From NCBI GenBank assembly GCA_963827275.1, contig CAWHAA010000005.1, positions 640,001 through 704,000 of the forward strand: DNA of 64,000 bases, written 5' to 3'. Below are positions 11,949-21,033 of the stretch, piece by piece. The stretch comes from an uncultured Spirochaetota bacterium. Its GTDB lineage: Bacteria > Spirochaetota > UBA4802 > UBA5550. Both the position numbers and the translations under genes were made by a program. The notes under the pieces are model-generated. The model searched no databases. It saw nothing but the letters and a program-made list of their open reading frames with translations, and had not been told where the DNA came from. Each line of letters opens with the position of its first letter. The stretch's first letter is position 1.

Positions 11949-12536
11949 ATGAAACCGAGGAAGTCCGACACCGGCGCCGTCATGCGGAAAAAAAGCGGGG
12001 TCGTGATATACATCGACACCATCGACGACATCTTTTCCGATTTCGATCCCCGCACGATCGACGCGAGGATCCTCTCCATGGACTTCCTCAACGAGGTGCG
12101 CCTCCAGGCGCAGCAGTCAACCGACGAATCCCGGATCGACATCCACATACTCGCGCCGTCGTTCATCCGGAAGCAGGAAATATCCCGGAAGGTGGAACAG
12201 ATCACCCGGAGGCGGATACTGACGCATTTCCAGGACGAGTACCGGCGGATCAGGTCGGACCGGATGAAAACAGTGGCGCGCGCCCTGTTTTTCCTTGTCT
12301 CCGGCGTGACCTGCTTTTTCGTCATCAAGCTCGTCGGCGACGTGGGGGACCGGCACTTCTTCCTCAAGATGCTCCTGGAGCTGCTCACCTTTTTCAGCTG
12401 GTTCGCCACCTGGAGCGGCATTGACCTGTTCAGCGACCTGCCGAAGAAGCGGGACGTGCGGCTCCGCGGCAGGCTCGCCGGCGCGCAGGTGCAGTTCAGG
12501 TCCGTGAGGGACATCTCCGCGATCAGCCCGGTGTGA
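11949..12536 (+). CDS. Hypothetical membrane protein
   Basis: IDDIFSDFDPR N-terminal motif and two C-terminal hydrophobic helices. Confidence 0.65.
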   Translation: MKPRKSDTGAVMRKKSGVVIYIDTIDDIFSDFDPRTIDARILSMDFLNEVRLQAQQSTDESRIDIHILAPSFIRKQEISRKVEQITRRRILTHFQDEYRRIRSDRMKTVARALFFLVSGVTCFFVIKLVGDVGDRHFFLKMLLELLTFFSWFATWSGIDLFSDLPKKRDVRLRGRLAGAQVQFRSVRDISAISPV

Positions 12537-12671
12537 CGGACGCGGCGCGCATATAGTCATTGACAAAAATCCCCATGCACCCAGTATGTCCGGGTATTCG
12601 ATTTATCGTTACCCCGCTGTTTCAACTCCCACACTGTTTCAGCCGGCTTATCTACAAGGAGAACATAGTAC

Positions 12672-13934
12672 ATGTCATTCGAAAAACTGCATCTCATTGC
12701 GCCCATTATGAAGGCGCTGAAAACCGAAGGCTATTCGCACCCGACGCCGATACAGGAGCGCGCCATACCGATCATACTTGAGAAAAAAGACCTGCTCGGC
12801 TGCGCCCAGACCGGGACCGGGAAAACGGCCGCCTTCGCCATCCCCCTGCTGCAGCTGCTCTACCACGAAGAGCGCGTCAGCGGCACGCCGCGCAGCATAC
12901 AGGCGCTGATACTGACCCCCACCAGGGAGCTGGCCATACAGATAGGAGAAAGCTTCACCGCCTACGGAAGGCACACGGGCATCAAGCATACCGTCATCTT
13001 CGGCGGGGTGTCGCAGAAGGCGCAGACCGACGCGCTGCGCGCGGGCGTCCACATCCTGATCGCGACCCCGGGGCGGCTGCTCGACCTCATGAACCAGGGG
13101 CACGTTGACCTCCGCCACCTCAGGCAGTTCGTGCTCGACGAGGCGGACCGGATGCTGGACATGGGCTTCATCCATGACGTAAAGAAGATCATCACGAAAA
13201 TACCGCCCAAGCGGCAGTCGCTGTTCTTCTCGGCGACGATGCCGCCCGAGATCTCGAAGCTGGCCGACACCATCCTGGTGAGGCCGGAGAAGGTCGCGGT
13301 CACCCCGGTCTCATCCACGGTGGATATCATAGACCAGTCGCTCTATTTTGTCGGCAAGAAAGACAAGAAGCAGCTCCTGGTCCACCTCCTGAAAGACCGG
13401 TCGGTCGTGTCAGCGCTGGTGTTCACGCGCACGAAGCACGGGGCCAACAAGGTGGCGGAGGACCTGCTCAAGGCCGGGATACAGGCCGAGGCGATCCACG
13501 GCAACAAGTCGCAGGGCGCGCGGCAGCGGGCGCTGGGCAACTTCAAGGCGCGGCGCACCAGGGTGCTGGTCGCGACCGACATCGCGGCGCGGGGCATCGA
13601 CATCGACGAGCTCTCGCATGTCATCAACTTCGAGATCCCCAACATACCGGAGACCTACATCCACCGCATAGGCCGCACCGGCAGGGCCGGGCTCTCCGGC
13701 ACGGCGATATCGTTCTGCGACAGCGAGGAGAAAGAATTCCTCAAGGACATAGAGAAGCTGCTCAAAAAGAACATCCCGGTGGTGGAAGACCACCCCTACC
13801 CGCTCCGCGAGACCGCGCCCGCCGCGCACCAGGCAGCGCCACAGCAGAACCGCCCGCGCGTACAGCAGGGACCATCGGCACGGAACAGCGCCGGCGGGAG
13901 CAGGCACTACGGAAGGCAGCGGTACGGCAGGTAG
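12672..13934 (+). CDS. rhlE: DEAD-box RNA helicase (RhlE-like)
   Basis: Q motif PTPIQ, AQTGTGKT, PTRELA, DEAD, SAT, HRIGRTGRAG. Confidence 0.92.
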   Translation: MSFEKLHLIAPIMKALKTEGYSHPTPIQERAIPIILEKKDLLGCAQTGTGKTAAFAIPLLQLLYHEERVSGTPRSIQALILTPTRELAIQIGESFTAYGRHTGIKHTVIFGGVSQKAQTDALRAGVHILIATPGRLLDLMNQGHVDLRHLRQFVLDEADRMLDMGFIHDVKKIITKIPPKRQSLFFSATMPPEISKLADTILVRPEKVAVTPVSSTVDIIDQSLYFVGKKDKKQLLVHLLKDRSVVSALVFTRTKHGANKVAEDLLKAGIQAEAIHGNKSQGARQRALGNFKARRTRVLVATDIAARGIDIDELSHVINFEIPNIPETYIHRIGRTGRAGLSGTAISFCDSEEKEFLKDIEKLLKKNIPVVEDHPYPLRETAPAAHQAAPQQNRPRVQQGPSARNSAGGSRHYGRQRYGR

Positions 13935-13975
13935 AATTTAAAAATGGTCAGCGCCGTCCCCGGAGGACGGCAGAC

Positions 13976-14006
13976 AAAAAACGGCGCGGTGTTCCCGCGC
14001 CGTTTT
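13976..14006. terminator. Bidirectional intrinsic terminator between convergent genes
   Basis: aaaaaacggcgcgg-tgttc-ccgcgccgtttt hairpin with A/T runs on both sides. Confidence 0.75.
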
Positions 14007-14029
14007 GCATTTGCATAAAGCGATAACCA

Positions 14030-14666
14030 TTAGTCGCGTTTTCTTATGCGACGGCGGACCGCAACGGTGCCCAGCACAAGGCCCATGACGGCGATAAGGC
14101 CAAGGGCGGCGGGGCCGAACGATTTTTTGCCTGCGGCGCCGGTGGCGGCGTTCGCGCCGCACCCGGAATCATCATCATTGTCCAGCAGGGCAAGAAGGGC
14201 GACAGGACTATCAGTCGTTGTTCCCGCGCCGATAAGGCCCGTGCCGGTGAGTGTAGCAGAGTCAGGATAGTTCCCCGGTATCGACGAAGATACGGTGAAG
14301 GTAGCCGTGCTGGTAACTTCTGCGCTGGGAGTAAATACTACCTGAGCGGTACAGGTTGCCAACCTTGCGAGAGAAGTGCAATTATTCGAAATAATACTAA
14401 AAACGTTGTCGGCGTCACCGGATTCCCCCGACAGACACACCCTGAATGGTCGAACAAGGAGAAACAGCTCCTTGTGTACTGTTATTTGTTATTGTAACAG
14501 TTTGCGGGGCTGAGGGCGTTGTTGGATTCTGGTTTCCAAAATCGATGGGATCGGGAGAAATACTTAAAGAATAAATACAATCAGACGGGGCCGCATAAAC
14601 AGAAATCGGCACCAGCGCAACGACCGCGCACAGGGCCATCAGAGCTATTAGAAAGTACTTTTTCAT
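14030..14666 (-). CDS. Secreted Ig-like (ASH/choice-of-anchor D-like) protein with C-terminal SGC-TM-basic sorting signal; one frameshift at C5 run 14425-14429
   Basis: Signal peptide MKKYFLIALMALC..; SPDPIDFGNQ..TVTITN..CTAQVVFTP..LTGTG; tail DDDSGCG..hydrophobic helix..RRRIRKRD. Removing one base in the homopolymer joins the two ORFs. Confidence 0.7.
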
Positions 14667-14762
14667 AAAAAAACACACTCCTTAATTTTTTTATATACAC
14701 TGCTTAATATTTAACTGCAACAGGAAGAGCCCTTTCATTCCAATGCGTTACTTGAATAAATA

Positions 14763-14799
14763 TTAAACAAGTGTTTAACGACATAATATAAAATGTCAA
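14763..14799 (-). promoter_or_regulatory. Promoter -35 (TTGACA) with palindromic operator TTAAACA-AG-TGTTTAA over the -10/start region
   Basis: tgtcaa at 14794-14799; perfect 7-2-7 palindrome at 14763-14778; both conserved in copy 2 (16794-16809). Confidence 0.6.
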
Positions 14800-14937
14800 T
14801 TTTTTTATGCCCCCTATATGCCGCGCGGAATCTTTTGTTTTATACAAAAATACATGACCAAATTATAGATTTGTCATGTATGATAAAAATATAGATGCCC
14901 AGGATAATTTTAAAATAGAAAAATCCGGTGACGATAT

Positions 14938-14964
14938 AAAAAACCGCCGGCTGGGGGCCGGCGG
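14938..14964 (-). terminator. Intrinsic terminator of the 577-aa lipoprotein gene
   Basis: Minus strand ccgccggc-cccca-gccggcgg followed by a T run. Confidence 0.8.
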
Positions 14965-14991
14965 CGTTATGTTTACAGCATGAGATCCGGA

Positions 14992-16725
14992 TTACTCCAA
15001 TCCCAATCGTATTGAAGGCAATATATCCACGACCCAGCCCGGATTATTCAAAGACTGGTTTTCAGTGCCCAGCAAACGCCCCGGATAGCGGGTCGTGTTG
15101 CTCTCACCCTGCACGAAATTCTCTATCGCGGACGCGCCCGCGTCATGGCGAACATAGATCGCGAGGTTCTTCCCCGATGTATACCTGAACTCGGTATCAA
15201 GCGGTATGTTGACCCAATCCCCGGCCTTGAGTCCCGCAGGCACGGACACCGTGCCGGTAAAGACGGTTTTTTCATCATTCATGTTGTCCAGATATGAAGG
15301 ACCGAGCGCAAGAGTATCGAGGTCGGAATGCCCGATGACAATGCTGATGTTTCCATAAGTCTCGGCAACCGAGTCGTTTTGGAGTCGGAACCCGATGCTG
15401 TTGATGCTGCCGTAAAGCCCAAGCTCAACTGCGCGGTACAGAGGCTGGAACTGACCGGTCACGGTCCCATGGAAGGGCGGATAGAGGTTGTGGTTCCCCG
15501 ACCCTATCACGTCCGCCGTGCCACCCTTGAAGCGGAACGTGATATTATTGAGGGCACTACTCAGATCACTTGGTGTATTGACCGAGCCCACAAGCCATGA
15601 ATTCGCTCCTGCGGAACCATTCTTTACAAAAATATTTCCGTTTGGTGAAGTCACATATATTTCCACAACCAGGTTGTCAATTCCATTGTAATTAAATGCC
15701 CCGTCAAGCGGAAGCCACATATATGCCCCATCCGGAATGCCTGCCGGCACCCTGAACTTCCTGTTTGTGGCCACGGTTACCGGTGAACCTGAATTGAAAT
15801 TAGCATTCCATGACTCGGTCACCAGTTCAGTACGTGTGGTATGGCCGAGGCGTATCGTTACCGTGCATTCCCGTTCCACCGAATCAGTATGCGTGGCGAA
15901 ACCGATGCCAATGATACCGCCCGAGCCATTGATCGTGCCCGCCGGATACAAAAGTTGCAATTTTTGGTAGGCAGCATCATTGATGAACGGAGGATTATTC
16001 CCGGTTGTTCCATAGTGCAGTCTGTTGTCCCCGCCGGCGAAGTTGAATTTTACATCAGGATAGGTATACGCTGTAATACCTGTCGTCGCAGTGCTTGCGC
16101 CTGATCCGGTACCATATACCGTGAAATAATTTACTCCATCTTCTGTATGTGTCGTTAGTACTACGCCGCCTGCTGTAGGTAATACCGGATTGCGGGAAAC
16201 TTCAACGACCAGATTATCCACTCCGTTGTAATAGAACGGCTGGGTCAATTGAATAGTAAAATAATCGCACACTGTGCAATTCGGGATGGTTACGCTCTGG
16301 TTATCGAGCACTGTCGTGTAGGTTCCCTTGCCCTGTTGAACATTGCTGGCATAGGTACTGCTGAGCGTGGTCACACTCGTATGCCCCATTTTTATAGTCA
16401 CCCCGTTGAAGGTCCTATCAGCTCCAGGAGAAGCATTGTATTTAAAGGAAATTGAAGTTATCATGCCGGCCCCCTTGATGTCGCCAGCCGGAAACATCAT
16501 CATATACCGGCTTTCATCATGAGTGCCCCACATGCTTGATGCCGAGGATGCTCCCCCACCACCGATGACTTCTTTAACAAATACCCCCTGCACGGCAGGC
16601 GCACTGCCTCCGCCAAGCCCCAGGAGGGCCATAATGCCGCTATTGTCGCTCTTCACCTTGCTGCAGCCGGCCAGCATACATACCGAAAGAATTCCGATGA
16701 ACATTACGCCGAGAAACTTTTTCAT
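14992..16725 (-). CDS. Surface lipoprotein with three internal repeats of an uncharacterised beta-rich domain
   Basis: Lipobox LAGC; repeated G.I.SI.F / TI.(L/M)GH(T/S) / F.YNG.DNLVVE motifs; AAAGGAG RBS. Confidence 0.8.
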   Translation of the reverse strand: MKKFLGVMFIGILSVCMLAGCSKVKSDNSGIMALLGLGGGSAPAVQGVFVKEVIGGGGASSASSMWGTHDESRYMMMFPAGDIKGAGMITSISFKYNASPGADRTFNGVTIKMGHTSVTTLSSTYASNVQQGKGTYTTVLDNQSVTIPNCTVCDYFTIQLTQPFYYNGVDNLVVEVSRNPVLPTAGGVVLTTHTEDGVNYFTVYGTGSGASTATTGITAYTYPDVKFNFAGGDNRLHYGTTGNNPPFINDAAYQKLQLLYPAGTINGSGGIIGIGFATHTDSVERECTVTIRLGHTTRTELVTESWNANFNSGSPVTVATNRKFRVPAGIPDGAYMWLPLDGAFNYNGIDNLVVEIYVTSPNGNIFVKNGSAGANSWLVGSVNTPSDLSSALNNITFRFKGGTADVIGSGNHNLYPPFHGTVTGQFQPLYRAVELGLYGSINSIGFRLQNDSVAETYGNISIVIGHSDLDTLALGPSYLDNMNDEKTVFTGTVSVPAGLKAGDWVNIPLDTEFRYTSGKNLAIYVRHDAGASAIENFVQGESNTTRYPGRLLGTENQSLNNPGWVVDILPSIRLGLE

Positions 16726-16740
16726 ATACTCTCCTTTATA

Positions 16741-16996
16741 TTAACTGTTATGGGAAGAGCCTCAAAATTTTGATGCGTTACTTGAATAAAATCTTAAACA
16801 AGTGTTTAACGACATAATATAAAATGTCAATTTTTTTATGCCCCCTATATGCCGCGCGGAATCTTTTGTTTTATACAAAAATACATGACCAAATTATAGA
16901 TTTGTCATGTATGATAAAAACATAGATGCCCAGGATAATTTTAAAATAGAAAAATCCTGTGACAAAATAAAAAACCACCGGCGGGGGGCCGGCGGC
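16741..16996 (-). repeat. Copy 2 of duplicated intergenic terminator-operator-promoter cassette
   Basis: Near-identical to 14711-14965; includes terminator hairpin ccgccggc..gccggtgg-tttttt at ~16968-16995. Confidence 0.92.
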
Positions 16997-17023
16997 TGTT
17001 AACGAAACAATAAACAAGATGGG

Positions 17024-18739
17024 TTATCTTGAAATTTTAAACTTCATATTAAACTTATAATCCTGCGGTGTTCCCACGGTAGCATTCCCCGGAACGCCAG
17101 CCGCCATTTGACCCGGATATCTCGTTGCATTCGATGATGATACTATGCAACTATGGCTTGGGATAGCCGGAAATGTGGTCGCCGTGGTACCCAGCCAGAC
17201 AGCAAGATTACTAGTACCATTATAGATAAACGGTTGTGTCAGCGGGATTTCGATCCAGTCACCCTGTACAAGACCGGCAGGCATTGAAAAGAAACCGTTA
17301 AGCGCAATCAACTGGTCATTAAAGTTACCAGCAGCAGGGTCCGCCACCAGAGGATCCGCGCTGCTGTGTCCAATAATAACCCGATAATTGTTATAGGTTG
17401 TCGCAGTTGATGATGGACTGTTCAAGCGGCAGGCAATAGAAGTAATGGTGCCGGCCGAGCCCAGCTCCGTGGCACGGTACAGGGTTAACCTGCCTTCTGC
17501 ATTTGTGGAAAATGGCATGCTGGTTGACGAACCACTGGCAGTTATAACGTCCATGGTGCCGCCGGCGAAGCGGAGTACCGGTTCAAATGCGCGCTGTCGA
17601 ATGGTACCGGTAGGACTTAATGGATTTGTTGAAGATACAACACGATATGGTATAATATTATTGTATTGAAGCAAGTAACTACCCGAATCGACAATACATG
17701 TTATATCTATCAACAGATTACTTGTTCCGTCATAAAAAAAACGACTTTTATTAAAAGGTATCCAGACAGTTGACGGTTGTTCAGCAGGCACAGTGTATGC
17801 GATATCCTGTGCTACGATAACCGGGGCATTATCGCCATAATTATCAGTAAATGTGGTAACAAGACCCGTTGTGGAAACAGGAACATGAGCAACACTTACA
17901 GTCATATTTGAAACAACAGTTAAAGCAGTAACACTGTACGGATGCAAAGCCAAGCCCGTAATCAATCCGCTGCCATTAATATCAGATGCCAAGATAAGCA
18001 TCTGAGTACGTCCAGTTGTACCAGGTGCCAATGTAAGGCCATTTGGTCCAGTTTTATCAGAACAAATCACATTATTTGTCCCGCCCGCGAACTTGAACTT
18101 CACATGATGCGGGCTCTGGCTGGTTTGTGTCGCCGTATCAGGCGTGGCGCTGCTTGTGCTGTACACCCTGCCGGTATACGGGACCGCCCCGGCGCCGGTT
18201 GTGAGCCGGACCCCGCCGGTGCAGGCCGACGTCCGGGTGATATCGACCACGAGATTGTCCACCCCGTTGTAATTGAACCGGGTATCGAGCGGTATTTCAA
18301 AATATTCCCCCGCGGCGCCCGCGGGGATGCTCACCGCCCTGTCCAGGACCGTCACGGCAGAGCCCTTGCCCTGGTTGACGTTCGAGGTCATATCCGTATT
18401 GAGCGCGGGAACAGAAGAATGCCCGAGCCTGATGGTGACGCGCGGACAGGAGAGCGCCTGGCTGTTTTCATAGTACCGGAAGTAGATGGACGCGATATTG
18501 CCGGACCCGGCGATGTCCGCAGGCAGGTACAGGAACTGGTAGTGGCGGAACTCCTCCCCGTTGAACGGGCCCAGGATGGAGCTGGTCGGGTTGCTCAGCG
18601 CGACCGTCTTGATAAAATTCGGCCCGCCGGAGAGGCCGAGCAGGGCCAGCATGGAATTGTCTTCTTTTTCCCTGTTGCAGACGGTCAGTGCGAGCAACGA
18701 AACAATCAATGTGAATAATGCCATATATAGCTTTTTCAT
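17024..18739 (-). CDS. Surface lipoprotein, paralog of 14992-16725, three internal repeats
   Basis: MKKLYMALFTLIVSLLALTVC; same repeated motifs (GNIASIYF, VTIRLGHS, FNYNGVDNLVV; FFYDGTSNLLI; FIYNGTSNLAV). Confidence 0.8.
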   Translation of the reverse strand: MKKLYMALFTLIVSLLALTVCNREKEDNSMLALLGLSGGPNFIKTVALSNPTSSILGPFNGEEFRHYQFLYLPADIAGSGNIASIYFRYYENSQALSCPRVTIRLGHSSVPALNTDMTSNVNQGKGSAVTVLDRAVSIPAGAAGEYFEIPLDTRFNYNGVDNLVVDITRTSACTGGVRLTTGAGAVPYTGRVYSTSSATPDTATQTSQSPHHVKFKFAGGTNNVICSDKTGPNGLTLAPGTTGRTQMLILASDINGSGLITGLALHPYSVTALTVVSNMTVSVAHVPVSTTGLVTTFTDNYGDNAPVIVAQDIAYTVPAEQPSTVWIPFNKSRFFYDGTSNLLIDITCIVDSGSYLLQYNNIIPYRVVSSTNPLSPTGTIRQRAFEPVLRFAGGTMDVITASGSSTSMPFSTNAEGRLTLYRATELGSAGTITSIACRLNSPSSTATTYNNYRVIIGHSSADPLVADPAAGNFNDQLIALNGFFSMPAGLVQGDWIEIPLTQPFIYNGTSNLAVWLGTTATTFPAIPSHSCIVSSSNATRYPGQMAAGVPGNATVGTPQDYKFNMKFKISR

Positions 18740-18876
18740 GACCTTCCCCCATGTTGATGCGCATATGCCCACCGCGGGTCAGCGACCGCGGCTGTTATGT
18801 AGCCGGTTTGGATTTTTGTAATCTTGACATGATATTCATTTTCGTCAACACTTTACTGGCGGGGCAGTGGGTTTGT

Positions 18877-18997
18877 TTACTCTGACCCCCCGGTTTCCTG
18901 CGTTGCTTACTCTGACCCCAGTGCTTTTCCTGCGAGCCGGCGATAGTTATCGGTAGATTCCGAACTCTGACACCGTATTATTGTTTACTCTGACCCC
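18877..18997 (-). repeat. Cluster of GGGGTCAGAGTAA motifs plus one ACCGATAACTATCG palindrome
   Basis: ttactctgacccc at 18877, 18907, 18985; actctgacacc at 18964; cgatagttatcggt at 18941. Confidence 0.85.
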
Positions 18998-19223
18998 CTT
19001 GTTTTCATAATAATTTATTTTTTATATACATAAAATGATAAAAAATAATATTTTACTGGACTCTTCCATAGAAAATCGCTATTATTAGTGGTTTGGGTAG
19101 AATGGGTTGCATTATTAGAAGGTAACAATATAAAAGAACAAACGCTCTAATGATGCGAGCTATGTTCCTGTGCAATCGGGCCCTTATTGTGCGGTACAAG
19201 TCGCATCATAGCAATGTGTTGTA

Positions 19224-21014
19224 ATGAAAAAAATTATAAAGCCACTATCGAAGACCTTCGTGATCTGCCTGGCAGCGATAACTATCCATGCTGCGGCAGC
19301 TTCCGCTTCTCCCCTGCATGATGAGAGTGGCATCATGCCCGAGCACAGCGCGGAATATGTACGCACGCAAAGCAGGAACGCCAGCACTGATGCTGACGCG
19401 GTTTTTTACAACCCGGCCGGTTTGGCTTTCCTGCTCAATGGCGGGATATACCTCATGCTCAACGTCATGAATGAATACCGCCAGCACGATACGTCCGCCA
19501 CCCTGTGGGGCCTGCAGGGCGTTGACGCGTATACTCCGGCAACCGCGCCAGGCCGCTACCTTGACAGGGGAACGTATTCCACCCGGTCCATGACGACCAT
19601 GCCCTCCGACATGGCATTCATTTACAAAAGGACCAACTGGGCCGTCTTCTCTTATTTCTCGCTCCTGAACCACATCCCCGGCCAGAACAGCTCACGGGGC
19701 CTGTCCTCGCTGGACCGTTCTACCGTCGCCTTCAACGCGGTCATGGCCTCGCGGCTGTCGCAGCAGCTGGGCCACATCGCCAGCAGCAGCTACCTGAGCA
19801 GGAGCCAGACGGACCTGGGCGTTACGGTCGGCGGGACGTTCGCGCCCCTCGACTGGTTCTCGCTGTCGCTGGCCGCCAGGTACCTCTACATGAGCTCAAG
19901 CACCGTGCTCGCACACGCGCCACTCGACGTCGGCTACTCGGGCGGGATATCGGGAAACGCCTACCAGGTGCCGACCTACATCGATACGGACCTCTCGGGC
20001 CACGGGGCCGGCATCATCGCGGGGCTCGACGTCAGGCCCCGTGAAGAAATCAACATCGGCCTGCGGCTCGAATACTATCCGCCGATGGCGGCGAAAAAGA
20101 CGACCGAACGCTTCATCGCCAACCCGGTCGTGGCGCAAACGGGGGAGCTGAACATATTCTGCGACAGCGTCTGGCCGCTGCTGCTCAATGACCGCGCCGG
20201 CAGCATGGGGCAGGTGCTTAACTTCCTGCTGATGGACCAACGGGCGCTCAAGAACATCGGCAACAGGGTCGCGGTGACCTATCCCGCATCTTTATCGCTC
20301 GGATTCTCCTACCTGGCCGCGGGCGCCGTGAAGCTGTCCACGTCCGTCGATATCACCTTTCCCCGCGCCCGGGACCTTGACGGCCGGGAGCGCGACTGGA
20401 ACATCGCCGGGTACCGACTGGGCCAGAGCGTTGAATGGATCATCAACAAGTGGGTCGACGTCAGCGCCGGCTATTCATACCACGATTACGGGATAAAAGC
20501 TGCCAGGAGAACGGAGTACAACACCCTCCTGCCGAGCCATACCGTGGGCGGCGGCTTCACCATGAAGGTGCTTGACTTCATGAACCTGACTGCGGGCGGC
20601 TCATACAGCTTTGAAACTCCCTCTCGCACCGGCAGCCTGGAGCTGATACGCTCGACCCTCATGGGCGACCAGTTCGCCTACGGCATGGCGCAATCAGGGC
20701 GGCACACGGGCAGCTCGTGGCGCATCTCGCTGGGCGTTTCCTTCTCGATCTTCCCGGTATCGGCGGAACACATACGGAGGGCGGAGGAGCATTACTGGAA
20801 AGGAATGTCTAATTATCTGTCCGATGACATCGATTCCGCCATCGACGAGTTCAAGGCGGCAAAGTTCAACAACCTGTACTACCGGGACGTTGACAGGAAG
20901 ATCCGGGACCTCACGGAATTAAAACAACTGATTGGCAGGAACAAACAGCAACAGGAAGAAGACAAGAATGATGCCGAGAGAAAAAACAGCAAAAGGAACA
21001 GGGGCACCGAATAG
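19224..21014 (+). CDS. FadL/OmpP1-like outer-membrane transporter with C-terminal TPR-like helical extension
   Basis: Signal peptide; SAEYVRTQSRNASTDADAVFYNPAGLAFL hatch motif; alternating beta-strands; AEEHYWKGMSNYL..SAIDEFKAA after the barrel. Confidence 0.75.
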   Translation: MKKIIKPLSKTFVICLAAITIHAAAASASPLHDESGIMPEHSAEYVRTQSRNASTDADAVFYNPAGLAFLLNGGIYLMLNVMNEYRQHDTSATLWGLQGVDAYTPATAPGRYLDRGTYSTRSMTTMPSDMAFIYKRTNWAVFSYFSLLNHIPGQNSSRGLSSLDRSTVAFNAVMASRLSQQLGHIASSSYLSRSQTDLGVTVGGTFAPLDWFSLSLAARYLYMSSSTVLAHAPLDVGYSGGISGNAYQVPTYIDTDLSGHGAGIIAGLDVRPREEINIGLRLEYYPPMAAKKTTERFIANPVVAQTGELNIFCDSVWPLLLNDRAGSMGQVLNFLLMDQRALKNIGNRVAVTYPASLSLGFSYLAAGAVKLSTSVDITFPRARDLDGRERDWNIAGYRLGQSVEWIINKWVDVSAGYSYHDYGIKAARRTEYNTLLPSHTVGGGFTMKVLDFMNLTAGGSYSFETPSRTGSLELIRSTLMGDQFAYGMAQSGRHTGSSWRISLGVSFSIFPVSAEHIRRAEEHYWKGMSNYLSDDIDSAIDEFKAAKFNNLYYRDVDRKIRDLTELKQLIGRNKQQQEEDKNDAERKNSKRNRGTE

Positions 21015-21033
21015 CATACCGGGAGGTCTGGTT

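Larger units (their letters stand above)
14711..14965 (-). repeat. Copy 1 of duplicated intergenic terminator-operator-promoter cassette
   Basis: Near-identical to 16741-16996 (core 14743-14965 vs 16773-16996). Confidence 0.92.

Noticed and set aside
14425..14429. Phase-variable homopolymer in the surface-protein gene
   Set aside because: The run is only 5 nt and the window has many other indel errors; cannot be supported without reads.
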